From positions 885,046-949,045 of the forward strand of contig OZ252018.1 of assembly GCA_965247535.1 (NCBI GenBank): a DNA stretch of 64,000 bases, read 5' to 3'. This DNA comes from Dehalococcoidia bacterium (GTDB lineage Bacteria; Chloroflexota; Dehalococcoidia; Lucifugimonadales; UBA2985). The position numbers were made by a program, and so were the translations under genes. Below, piece by piece: positions 1 through 8,713 of the stretch. The first letter of the stretch is position 1. Each line of letters begins with the position of its first letter. The notes beneath the pieces are model-generated. The model saw nothing but the letters and a program-made list of their open reading frames with translations, did no database searches and had not been told where the DNA came from.

Positions 1-308
1 GGAAGCTGGCTACAAAGGCCTTTCACCTAATCAAAGCCGTTTCCTCCCCTCATGTCAGTGGGTAGCTCCTGACAGGCTCCGGCCCGCTTGGGCTATTCGG
101 CCGTCGCGTGGCCCTATAGTGATTGAGCGCCTGCTGACGAGGGATTCAGGTCCACTACCAACATGCGCAGCATACGCCAGCGCCCATAGATGCAGGACTG
201 AGATCTCTAACACAGATGCGGGGAATCAGGCGATTGACAGGGCCTCTCTTTTCATAGATGAGCCTGTCGAAGGAAATGAGCGGAAGCAAGGTGCGGACGC
301 CCCAATCC

Positions 309-1589
309 TCATTCCGTCTCCGGCCACATGCCCTCCCACTCCCACGCAAGGTGCGGATAGCGTCCCGCCATCAGGTCCAGGTGCTGCGCCGACAGCAGCG
401 GCGCGGGCGGCAACCCTGACGCGTCCGGCGTGCCCTTCCGCATGTCGCCATCCGGCGAGAATCCCAGCAGCTCGAGGCCTCCCTCCAGACCTTTCGCCTG
501 CGCCATCACGCGGAAGTCACCCATACCGCCCGGCTTTGCAAGCTCCAGCATGCCCATGCGATTGGAGTCCCTCTCCCTCTGCGAGAGCCCCATGCCCGCG
601 AGCGATCCAACCAAGCCGCCCAGGCCAAGGTTCACCAGGAACTCACGCTGCGTGGTGAACCCTGCGACCGTCAGCCCGCGTTCCTCGCCCGCGCGAGCAA
701 GCGACGTAAAGTCCACGTGGGAGGTCATGTCCTGCATCCCCACGCGGCGATACGGATCGCCCTGCAGGGTGTGATCGTAGTAGCAGCGGAGCGTACCGCC
801 CGACCGCTCGGACGAGTAGAGGTCCTTCGCCTCGTGGCCGTAGTCGATCGTCAGGACGAGGCCGCGGGTCAGCGCCTGGGACGCCTCTTCCATCCAGTCG
901 TCCAGCGCAAGGTTGACCTCGCCGCGGAAGCCGTCCGGCAGCTCGAGACCAAGGCCGCTCAGCCTCTGTTCAATCCGCGGCGTGGACGGCTCGTCGAGCA
1001 CCTCGCCCAATCTTCCGTCCTCCAGCGTGACGTACACCTCCAGCACTCGCCCGTCGCGCATCGCGAATCGGTGCACGGGGAATGCGTCCGGAAGCTCATT
1101 GGAGAGCACGCAGCCCTCCACGCCCCTGAACGGCAGGCCGAAGCCTCTGACTGGCTGGAGTCGCACGTTCGCGGGACTGGCGATCGAGCAGTCCACCGCC
1201 GCGTACTCCAGCGCACGCGCGAACGCCGGCGACAGCGACGATGCGTAGTCCAGGAAGGCTTGCGCCAGTTGGCAGCCGCCCGCTCCAACCTCGACGACGT
1301 GGAACCGCGACGGCGAGCCCATGAGCTCCCAGAGCTGCCTGACCTGCACGGCCAAGAGAGCGCCGAATGCAGGATGGGCTACTGGGGCCGTGTAGTAGTC
1401 GCCAGTCTTGGAGCGGTCCTCGGAAACGTAGTAGCCGCCGGGCCCGTAGAGGGCCAGCTCCATGAAGCGGGCAAACGTGATGCGTCCGTGCTCCGCGATG
1501 AGCCGCTCAATGGTGACCAGCGGCTCCGAGCTGCTGTCGTCCTTTTCCGCCAACCCGTTACCGCGCATCGGCTGGGGACGGCTCGCCAC
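309..1589 (-). CDS. SAM-dependent methyltransferase, MidA/NDUFAF7-like (DUF185)
   Basis: 426-aa ORF. It has the glycine-rich SAM motif 'HVVEVGAGGCQLA' and a MidA-like N-terminus 'ITFARFMELALYGPGGYY'. It lies on the same strand directly downstream of gltA. Confidence 0.7.
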   Translation of the reverse strand: MASRPQPMRGNGLAEKDDSSSEPLVTIERLIAEHGRITFARFMELALYGPGGYYVSEDRSKTGDYYTAPVAHPAFGALLAVQVRQLWELMGSPSRFHVVEVGAGGCQLAQAFLDYASSLSPAFARALEYAAVDCSIASPANVRLQPVRGFGLPFRGVEGCVLSNELPDAFPVHRFAMRDGRVLEVYVTLEDGRLGEVLDEPSTPRIEQRLSGLGLELPDGFRGEVNLALDDWMEEASQALTRGLVLTIDYGHEAKDLYSSERSGGTLRCYYDHTLQGDPYRRVGMQDMTSHVDFTSLARAGEERGLTVAGFTTQREFLVNLGLGGLVGSLAGMGLSQRERDSNRMGMLELAKPGGMGDFRVMAQAKGLEGGLELLGFSPDGDMRKGTPDASGLPPAPLLSAQHLDLMAGRYPHLAWEWEGMWPETE

Positions 1590-1627
1590 CGGTCGATGAC
1601 CTGCGGGGCCGTACCGCGACGTGGGGA

Positions 1628-2764
1628 CTATCCCCGCTGATCGATGGGCGTGAACTCCAGGTCCATCGGGCCTTCGTAAAGGAGCAGAGGACGCAGGAGT
1701 ATGTTGTTTGAGTGCTGCTCCATCACTTGGACCGTCCAGCCCGGAATGCGGCCCATGGCGAATATGCAGATGAAGATGTCCTTGGGTATCTCCAGCAGGT
1801 GGTACATGGCGCCGGCCCAGAAGTCCACGTTGGGGCAGATCCCCCTGGCCCCGTACGGCTCCATGACCTCCGCCACCTTACTGAGGATGCTGAACCACTT
1901 GGGCTGGCCTCGCTCCATTCCCAAGGCCTCGCACTCCGACTTCAGGTGCCTGGCGCGCGGGTCCTCCACCTTGTACACCCTGTGGCCGAAGCCCATGACC
2001 CGGCCTCCGCTTTCCAGGATGCCGCGCGTGTACTCCTCCGCTCTGTCCTCCTCGCCGATGTCCAGGGCCATCTTCATGACCTCCTCGGCGGCGCCGCCGT
2101 GGGCCGGTCCCTTGAGCGTGCCGATGCCCGATACGACGGCCGAGTGCAGGTCGGAGATGGTGCTGGCAGCCACGCGTGCAGCAAAGGCGGAGGCGTTGAT
2201 GCCGTGCTCGGCGTGGAGCACGAAGTCCTTTTCCATTAAGCGGGCCTCGTCGGCGGTAGGCTCCTTCTCGAAGAGCATGTAAAGGAAGTTGGCGGCCTGC
2301 TTCAGATCGGGGTTCGGGGCGACCGGATCCTTGCCCTGGACGATGCGGGAGTGCGCGGTGACAATCGTGGGGGCCTGAGCGGTGAGCCGGATACCCTTGC
2401 GCAGCGTGGAGTCCGGGGAGTTGTCGGCGGTGTCCGGGTCAAACGATGCGAGCGCGGAGACGGCTGTGCGAAGAACGTCCATTGGATGGGCGTCCTTGGT
2501 GAGACGTATGATCTCCAACACCTCGGCGGGGATGGAGCGGTTGGCGCGAAGTTCCGAGTCAAAGGCGTCGAGCTCGTCCTGGTTGGGAAGCTTGCCGTAG
2601 AGCAGCAGGTAGACCGTCTCCTCGAAGGTGGCCATCTCGGCCAGGTCGTGAATGGAGTATCCGCGGTAGAGCAGCTTGCCTTCGGCGCCGTCGATGAAGC
2701 TGGACTGCGTCTTGTCGATGTAGACTCCCTGCAATCCTCTCTTGAGCTCTATTTCGGTTGCCAT
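1628..2764 (-). CDS. gltA: citrate synthase
   Basis: The citrate synthase signature 'GFGHRVYKVEDPRA' is present, plus 'HAEHGINAS'. I placed the start at the internal ATG (MATEIELK) because an AAGGGGGG SD precedes it; the 21 aa upstream in the track ORF look spurious. Confidence 0.9.
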   Translation of the reverse strand: MATEIELKRGLQGVYIDKTQSSFIDGAEGKLLYRGYSIHDLAEMATFEETVYLLLYGKLPNQDELDAFDSELRANRSIPAEVLEIIRLTKDAHPMDVLRTAVSALASFDPDTADNSPDSTLRKGIRLTAQAPTIVTAHSRIVQGKDPVAPNPDLKQAANFLYMLFEKEPTADEARLMEKDFVLHAEHGINASAFAARVAASTISDLHSAVVSGIGTLKGPAHGGAAEEVMKMALDIGEEDRAEEYTRGILESGGRVMGFGHRVYKVEDPRARHLKSECEALGMERGQPKWFSILSKVAEVMEPYGARGICPNVDFWAGAMYHLLEIPKDIFICIFAMGRIPGWTVQVMEQHSNNILLRPLLLYEGPMDLEFTPIDQRG

Positions 2765-2856
2765 TGCGCCCCCCTTGGAAGATTGTTTTTGATTAAGGTA
2801 TCGCCGCGCCGCCTCCCTCGCCTGCACGCCTCGTTGCGCACGTGGCAGTCACTGCA

Positions 2857-2884
2857 AGTATAAACCCTGCGAGATATAATTCAA
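2857..2884 (-). promoter_or_regulatory. candidate sigma70-type promoter for gltA
   Basis: On the minus strand: TTGAAT, a 16-nt spacer, then TATACT, about 90 nt upstream of the gltA ATG. Confidence 0.3.
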
Positions 2885-2981
2885 TAGCGGCATTGCCTAT
2901 ACCAGCGATATGCCCCGCCTATCATCGGAGGCAGCGGGAGAGGGGCGGGGGCGAGCGGTCCGGCTGCTTATCTAGCAACTT

Positions 2982-4010
2982 TCAAGGTGGGCCATTTGTG
3001 CCACTTACAACACGTTCTAGGGCATTCGATACGCAGGTCAACATCGCGGTCGACTCCGCCTGCAATAGATGCCTGTTGTCCCTAGCATATGCTGGATCAA
3101 AAAGATACCTGAGAGCAGTGAACGCGCTCTCTGTTCTTCTCAAGAAGAGGCGGAGATTTTGCGATGTCCGTTCTCTACCTATGCTTTCCAGCTCATTCTT
3201 GAATTCCCTATCGACCGCTTCTTGCAAGTCAAAGGCCAGGAAGTCAAACAACTTCAGAAGTTTGTGTGTCTTGTATTCGTCTTTAATCTCGCCAGCTTGT
3301 CTGTGCAGCAAGTACTTCATCTCATACTCTATGGCTAGTGGCAGGAAAATCTGCGCTGCAAATACTAATTCGCCTCTTTGTTCCAACAGTCCTGTCTCAA
3401 ATAACAAGCGGTATGCTGAACGGGCGCTGTTGGCCAAGAATAATACGAAGCTCGGGTCAGTTAAAGCTCGAACCTCTGAATCATCTTTCATCTTTAGAAA
3501 TGCTTCTCGTAGGGCTTTCTGCTCTTTGCTCTCTCCTACAAACGTTATCGTGACTTCTCCTTGCTCCCGCTCTACCACCCTACCCCCTACTGTGGTTTCT
3601 CTAGTTATTGTGGCACTTTGGGGAACACTGCGAGGCTTGGTTCCACGGTCCGACCGTTTCAGAGAACCCACGCCGGACAGAATCAACTCTTCGTCCCCAG
3701 CCTTCGTGAAGCGCCAGTTGACTCGGGCTTGCCCAGACCGCCATGGACCAAGTACCAACTGATCATTGGAGTCTCTAACTCTCAGCCGGAAACGCACTGG
3801 AACAGTCTTGTCCACAAGCGGTCGCATAACTGCAGATGTACTATCATTTGGTGGGAATTCAGTATGCAGGGTCCAACTTCCTCGCTTTTCTTCACAGGAT
3901 GCCCAACCTCCCACATATTGCGATATGTTTCTTCCATCTACTACCAGATCAAGGGCTCTCATATCGTTGTCTTGTCCAGACTCTTCGTCGTGTTTCTGCG
4001 CGTCCAGCAT
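2982..4010 (-). CDS. hypothetical 342-aa protein: beta-rich N-terminal half and alpha-helical C-terminal half, family unknown
   Basis: Uninterrupted ORF in a visibly AT-richer stretch. Its ATG overlaps the TGA of the upstream HicB-like gene (TGATG), and an AGGAGGAG SD sits 8 nt upstream. I recognise no family motif. Confidence 0.6.
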   Translation of the reverse strand: MLDAQKHDEESGQDNDMRALDLVVDGRNISQYVGGWASCEEKRGSWTLHTEFPPNDSTSAVMRPLVDKTVPVRFRLRVRDSNDQLVLGPWRSGQARVNWRFTKAGDEELILSGVGSLKRSDRGTKPRSVPQSATITRETTVGGRVVEREQGEVTITFVGESKEQKALREAFLKMKDDSEVRALTDPSFVLFLANSARSAYRLLFETGLLEQRGELVFAAQIFLPLAIEYEMKYLLHRQAGEIKDEYKTHKLLKLFDFLAFDLQEAVDREFKNELESIGRERTSQNLRLFLRRTESAFTALRYLFDPAYARDNRHLLQAESTAMLTCVSNALERVVSGTNGPP

Positions 4011-4246
4011 CAAAACTGCTCCTCCTGTCCTATCCGCCGTGCCGCGTCCGTGAAGGGCTGCACCTCATGCAGCCGACGCTGGACCTCGCCGGCAGAAGCC
4101 GTCTCGTAAAAGAGCTCAAGCGCTTCCTTAAGGTTGGCACGAGCCTCGGACACGCTCTCGCCTTGGCTTGCGATGTCCAGCTCAGGGCAGAGTGCGACGT
4201 AGAAGTCGCCTTCGCGCTCGATAATCGCAGTCATTTGTCTAATCAT
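4010..4246 (-). CDS. HicB-like (UPF0150-type) antitoxin-fold protein, short form without a DNA-binding domain
   Basis: 'AIIEREGDFYVALCPELDIASQGESVSEARANLKEALELFYETAS..RRLHEV' matches the short HicB-family pattern. A GGGAGG SD lies upstream of the ATG. Confidence 0.7.
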   Translation of the reverse strand: MIRQMTAIIEREGDFYVALCPELDIASQGESVSEARANLKEALELFYETASAGEVQRRLHEVQPFTDAARRIGQEEQF

Positions 4247-4436
4247 CTGTGACCTCCCGGTTATCCGTTTCGAATCTCAGGATCATCATTTCGTCGTGAG
4301 CAGCCCCTACCCCTCACCCACCAGCCCCCGGAGCCCCGCGATCCGTCGCGCGGTGTCTACGAAGTACTCCTCGACCGCCGTGGTCAGCTTGGTAGTGGTT
4401 GGTGGCATGGGCCGAAGTGAAACCTACTTGAATTCC

Positions 4437-4734
4437 CTACGCCGCGGGCTGCGGCCGGTATGGCTCTACCCGTATCCGGTCTTCACCCTTGCGCGCTTCT
4501 GCAAGGTCGTAGGAAGTCTGCCGGCGTAGCCAGAAATCCGCACTGGACCATCCAGCCTTCTCAAGGCGAATGGGCCATGTCGGGCGAGATCGCCGCGTGA
4601 CCATTCAATACCCGAGAAAGGGTGTGACGGGCAACTCCCAGAACCTCCGCAGCCTCGGTGACACTCAGGCCAAGGGGCTCTAGACAGTTCCCCCTGATGC
4701 TGCGACCAGGATGAGGTGGATTCTTCATAGCCAT
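4437..4734 (-). pseudogene. higA: higA (HTH/XRE antitoxin) carrying a +1 frameshift
   Basis: '[52 protein letters not shown]' ends prematurely. Skipping one C in the CCC run at 4572-4574 restores '[28 protein letters not shown]..', the typical HigA C-terminus, with a stop at 4437. Confidence 0.75.
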
Positions 4735-4750
4735 GGTCTCTTTCCTCTCG

Positions 4751-4989
4751 TTATTGATAGTCAACCAGATCTACGTCGCAAGAGTCGCCATTTTCAAGAG
4801 GGCATGGGCCTATTCTACGCCGCAGTCGCGTTAGGGGCAAAGCGCGCAACCGCGTACCGGAGTCCCGCAGGCGCCCGCGCGCCGACATTCGCCTCCCCAA
4901 GCCGCTCGCACGCCTCAGTCGACGCCTGCGGCGCACGCGACGCCGTTGGCGGCGTTACGTTTCGTGAAAGCAATCACGATTCCGCGCAT
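4751..4989 (-). pseudogene. higB: higB (RelE-fold toxin) remnant with multiple in-frame stops and frameshifts
   Basis: The C-terminal peptide '[15 protein letters not shown]' matches the HigB end 'FEDGDAYDVDYVDYH'. Upstream pieces ('MRGIVIAFTKRN', 'PAGLRY') lie in other frames and are interrupted by TGA/TAG. The remnant sits 16 nt upstream of higA. Confidence 0.55.
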
Positions 4990-5001
4990 CAAGATGCGTA
5001 G

Positions 5002-5031
5002 TTGACATCGCTCAGTCGTGAATGATATAGT
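5002..5031 (+). promoter_or_regulatory. strong sigma70-like promoter upstream of korAB
   Basis: TTGACA (5002-5007), an 18-nt spacer, then TGaTATAGT (extended -10; hexamer at 5026-5031). This implies a ~230-nt leader before korA. Confidence 0.45.
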
Positions 5032-5265
5032 AGGCCGCAATCTAAGGGGTCTCTCTGACGCGAATGACCTCCATTCGGCTCTGAGGCGGTCCTATTGCAG
5101 AAGATCGAAAACGAATCCCGGTGGGCGGAGGCAGGTGGAAGTGGGAGTCGCTCGCTCTGCCTCTCGATGGTTTCCCTTTTGACCACAGTCCGTGAGACGC
5201 GGCCCTCTTCCTCGCCACCTGACCTACCGTCCCAACCAATACACTAGCAGCACAGGAGACAGCAT

Positions 5266-6981
5266 ATGCGCAATGACGACTTTGTGGTCCGGTTCGCCGG
5301 TGAGGGTGGCGGTGGTCTCGTAACCTCTGCCGAGTTGCTTGCCCAGGTGACCGCCCAGGTGGGCTACCACGTCAAGACATACGTCACCTTCCCTTCGCAG
5401 ATCATGGGAGGGCCCACTTTTGCCCAGGCCCGCATCTCCACGTCACCCGTTCTGAGCTACGGCGATGAGCTTCACGTGCTTGTAGCCTTCGACCGGGAGG
5501 CCTACGACACCCACTACGAAGAGGTCAGGGATGGCGGCGTGATCATCTACAACTCCGAGGACTTCCAGCTGGAGGACGACGGCAAGAGCTTCGGTATGCG
5601 CATTGATGAGCTTGCCAAGTCCACCGGCAACCCCAGGGCCGCCAACATGGTCATCCTGGGAGCCATTGCCCATCTTGTGAATATGCCGGAGCATTACCTG
5701 CCGGAGTTCGTCACCAAGCGCTTCACACGCGGACGCCCCGGCGACGCGGAGATCATCCGAGGCAACATCATGGCCCTGGGACTGGGCGCCGAAGAGGCCA
5801 AGAAGAGCGGTTTCAGCCTGGGCGCCCTGGAGGACCCCACACCCCCGGAGGGTAACCAGATCATGATCAAGGGCAATGACGCCCTGGCCCTCGGAGCCAT
5901 CACGGCGGGTCTCGACTTCTTCGTGGGCTACCCCATATCGCCCGCGACCACCATACTGGTGTACATGGAGCGCAACCTGACGGGACCCGGCAAGTTCGTC
6001 TACCAGGCCAGCTCCGAGATCGAGTCCATCAACGCCATCGTCGGCGCCGGGTACGCCGGCAGGAAGGCCATGACCTCCACCGCAGGCCCCGGCGCAAGCC
6101 TCATGAGCGAGGGCCTCGGCATGGCATGGATGGCGGAGATCCCCTGCGTGGTCGTCAACGTACAGCGCGGCGGTCCCGCAACCGGTCTCCCCACCAAGGT
6201 TGAGCAGTCCGACCTGCTCTCCTCCATACATCCCGCACACGGGGACGTGAGCATCCCGGTAATGGCGGTGGGCAGCGTGGAGGAGTGCTTCTGGGCCGGC
6301 GCCCACGCCCTCAACTGGGCGGAGCGTTACCAGGGGCCGGTCATCCTGCTGAGCGACCATGCCCTGTCCGAACAGGCTCAGAACATCCAGACGCCGGACA
6401 TCACCAAGGTGGTGGACGAGCGCAGGCTCACCTACTCTGGCAACAACGGCTACGAGCGCTACGCAGGCACGGAGGTGTCCGCCATGCCCATTCCGGGCGG
6501 CACGGGATCGTACGTGGCCAACGCCAGCGAGCACGACGGCATGGGCGACACCACCCACCTGCCGCAGCGCCACGTCGAGATGACCGAGCGCCGATTCGGC
6601 AAGCTCAAGCTCCTGGAAGAGGACATCTACGAGCGCGAGAACACGGACGAGTCCGTCGCCGTCATGACCTGGGGCGGCTCCAAGGGTTCCACGCGTGAGG
6701 CGTACGACCAGATGATGGCCGAGGGACAGACCATCGGCTGGTACTACACCATGTTCCTCAACCCCCTGCCGCCCAAACTGCTGGAGGAGCTCAAGCAGAA
6801 GGAGCTGGTGCTGATACCGGAGCTGAACTACCTGGGTCAGCTAGCCAGCCTGCTGCGCGCCCAGGGCGTGAAGGCGGAGTCCATTACCCAGTACACAGGA
6901 ACGCCCTTCAAGGTCCGAGAGCTGAAGGCGAGGATCATCGACAGGATGCAAGCTCACAAGAAGGAGTTGGTGCAGGTATGA
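5266..6981 (+). CDS. korA: 2-oxoacid:ferredoxin oxidoreductase, alpha subunit with fused gamma-type N-terminal domain
   Basis: 571 aa. The N-terminus 'VVRFAGEGGGGLVTSAELLAQ' is a gamma-domain type, followed by an alpha-subunit core. The gene is ATGA-coupled to the beta subunit. Confidence 0.88.
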   Translation: MRNDDFVVRFAGEGGGGLVTSAELLAQVTAQVGYHVKTYVTFPSQIMGGPTFAQARISTSPVLSYGDELHVLVAFDREAYDTHYEEVRDGGVIIYNSEDFQLEDDGKSFGMRIDELAKSTGNPRAANMVILGAIAHLVNMPEHYLPEFVTKRFTRGRPGDAEIIRGNIMALGLGAEEAKKSGFSLGALEDPTPPEGNQIMIKGNDALALGAITAGLDFFVGYPISPATTILVYMERNLTGPGKFVYQASSEIESINAIVGAGYAGRKAMTSTAGPGASLMSEGLGMAWMAEIPCVVVNVQRGGPATGLPTKVEQSDLLSSIHPAHGDVSIPVMAVGSVEECFWAGAHALNWAERYQGPVILLSDHALSEQAQNIQTPDITKVVDERRLTYSGNNGYERYAGTEVSAMPIPGGTGSYVANASEHDGMGDTTHLPQRHVEMTERRFGKLKLLEEDIYERENTDESVAVMTWGGSKGSTREAYDQMMAEGQTIGWYYTMFLNPLPPKLLEELKQKELVLIPELNYLGQLASLLRAQGVKAESITQYTGTPFKVRELKARIIDRMQAHKKELVQV

Positions 6982-7844
6982 GCAAGAAGAACCCAGAATA
7001 CGATTTCAAGTGGTGCCCCGGCTGCGGAGACTTCGGCGTCAAGCGCGCCCTTGAGCTCGGCGTGGAGAAGCGCAACGTAGAGCTGGAAACGCCCATGGAG
7101 AGCACTGTGATTGTGGCCGGCATCGGCTGCTCCGGCAACCTTGTGCACCTCCTGGACGGCCCTCAGCCTTTCGGAATCCACGGCCTGCACGGCAGGTCGC
7201 TTCCCGTCGCTTTCGGCGTGAAGATGGCCAACCCGGAGCTGAACGTGGTGATTGTGTCCGGCGACGGTGACTTCCTAAGCATCGGCGGCGAGCACATCGC
7301 ACCTCAGTCGCAGCGAAACCTGAACGTCACCGCCATAATCATGGACAACGGCGTCTACGGCCTTACCAAGGGCCAGAGCTCGCCCACCACAGAGCTTGGC
7401 GTGATCACTCCCACAACACCCTTCGGAAAGCTGGAGAACGCTCTCAACCCGCTTCAGCTCTACCTCACCCTGGGCGCCAGTTTTGTGGCCTCCGGGTTCT
7501 CCAGCAAGCCGCGCGATCTGGCGAACCTGATAAACGAGGGAATGAAGCATCCCGGCTTCTCGATCGTCCACGTGCAGTCGCCCTGCACCACCTACAACGA
7601 CAACCACGACACGCTGAAGGGCAACGCCAAGAAGGGAATTGATCCGATCACGTGGGACATTCCCGAAGACCACGACTCGTGCGACAGGCAGGCCGCCTTC
7701 AACCTGCTCCAGGAGGGCGGCATTCCTCTGGGCGTCCTGTACCAGGACCCGGAGTCGGAGTCTCTAGACGAGCGGGCAGAGGGCATGCGACAGCGGGCCA
7801 ACCCCCGTAGCGTGGAGCAGCAGATGGGCGCGTTCCGCATCTAG
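6978..7844 (+). CDS. korB: 2-oxoacid:ferredoxin oxidoreductase, beta (TPP-binding) subunit
   Basis: Contains 'WCPGCGDFG' and the TPP-binding segment 'SGDGDFLSIGGEH'. Confidence 0.9.
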   Translation: MSKKNPEYDFKWCPGCGDFGVKRALELGVEKRNVELETPMESTVIVAGIGCSGNLVHLLDGPQPFGIHGLHGRSLPVAFGVKMANPELNVVIVSGDGDFLSIGGEHIAPQSQRNLNVTAIIMDNGVYGLTKGQSSPTTELGVITPTTPFGKLENALNPLQLYLTLGASFVASGFSSKPRDLANLINEGMKHPGFSIVHVQSPCTTYNDNHDTLKGNAKKGIDPITWDIPEDHDSCDRQAAFNLLQEGGIPLGVLYQDPESESLDERAEGMRQRANPRSVEQQMGAFRI

Positions 7845-7872
7845 ACACACCGCTGCAGTAGCTAGGAAACAA

Positions 7873-7903
7873 CGAGGGCCCCTCTCAAGTGGAGGGGCCC
7901 TCG
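7873..7903. terminator. bidirectional hairpin between the convergent korB and ECF sigma genes
   Basis: A 12-bp perfect stem (CGAGGGCCCCTC / GAGGGGCCCTCG) with a 7-nt loop. A T-rich tract follows only on the minus strand. Confidence 0.5.
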
Positions 7904-8011
7904 TCGCGTCCATACGCCTCTCGCGATCGATGTTCCTATCGGCCAACGTCCTCTCTGAGGACAGACAACGCGCTACTGGACCAACAAAACCGCCGGAATG
8001 GCGTCACGTGC

Positions 8012-8545
8012 CTACCTCGCGGACTTGGCGTACTCCTCCAGCCGCTTGCGGAGCAGCACCCTGCCCCGGTGGAGCTTCGCCTTCATGGACGGCAGACTCA
8101 CGCCCAGTATCGCCGCAGCCTCCGCGTTTGACATCCCCTGCACGTCTCGAAGGACCACAGCGGCGCGCAGGTCCGAAGGCAGCTCAGCAAGCGCCTTCAC
8201 CATCTCTTCGCGCAGCTCTGAGTTGATCGCGTGCTCCTCCGGCGTTCCGGACGGGTCCGGCGCCCAGTCCAGCACGTCAAAGTCGCCATAGCCCGGGTCC
8301 ACCCTTGATGCACGCGCGCGCTTCTCCTTCCGCAGGCGCATCAGACTGGAGTTGACGGCGATGCGGTACAGCCACGTCCCCACGGACGACCCGCCCCTGA
8401 ACGAGTCCCAGTGGCGAAATGCGGAGAGGAAGGTTTCCTGCGTCACGTCCTCCGCGTCCTGGGCGTTGCTCATCATGCGATACGCAACGCCATAGACGAG
8501 ATTCGTGTACTCCTCTACAATGGAACGAAAGTCACCCGGGCTCAT
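8012..8545 (-). CDS. ECF-type RNA polymerase sigma factor (sigma-70 family, group 4)
   Basis: Region 2 'DAEDVTQETFLSAFRHWDSFRG..WLYRIAVN' and region 4 'LRDVQGMSNAEAAAILGVSLPSMKAKLHRGR' are both present. Confidence 0.9.
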   Translation of the reverse strand: MSPGDFRSIVEEYTNLVYGVAYRMMSNAQDAEDVTQETFLSAFRHWDSFRGGSSVGTWLYRIAVNSSLMRLRKEKRARASRVDPGYGDFDVLDWAPDPSGTPEEHAINSELREEMVKALAELPSDLRAAVVLRDVQGMSNAEAAAILGVSLPSMKAKLHRGRVLLRKRLEEYAKSAR

Positions 8546-8713
8546 GCCGGACCCGGTTGCTCGATTTCAAGGCCAATTTTCGCATCTCCATGCCAGATTC
8601 TGCATCGAATTATAGTGGAATCCACAACCGCCGGATACGCTTGACCTTGCCATTACGCGACGCTATATTGTGCTTATGTTTGCCCCATTTCCACTTTGGA
8701 GCCGGTGAGCGGC

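Noticed and set aside
2982-3500. Calling the alpha-helical C-terminal half of the 342-aa protein a HEPN RNase domain.
   Set aside because: The helical pattern and 'THKLLKLF' are HEPN-like, but I find no Rx4-6H motif; the nearest is RDNRH, which is Rx3H. The assignment is left open pending profile or structure comparison.
4307-4408. A 33-codon minus-strand ORF (MPPTTTKLTTAVEEYFVDTARRIAGLRGLVGEG) between higA and the HicB-like gene, vaguely like the N-terminus of a tyrosine recombinase.
   Set aside because: It is too short, lacks an SD, and contains no catalytic-domain remnant downstream. It is noted only as a possible trace of a lost integrase.
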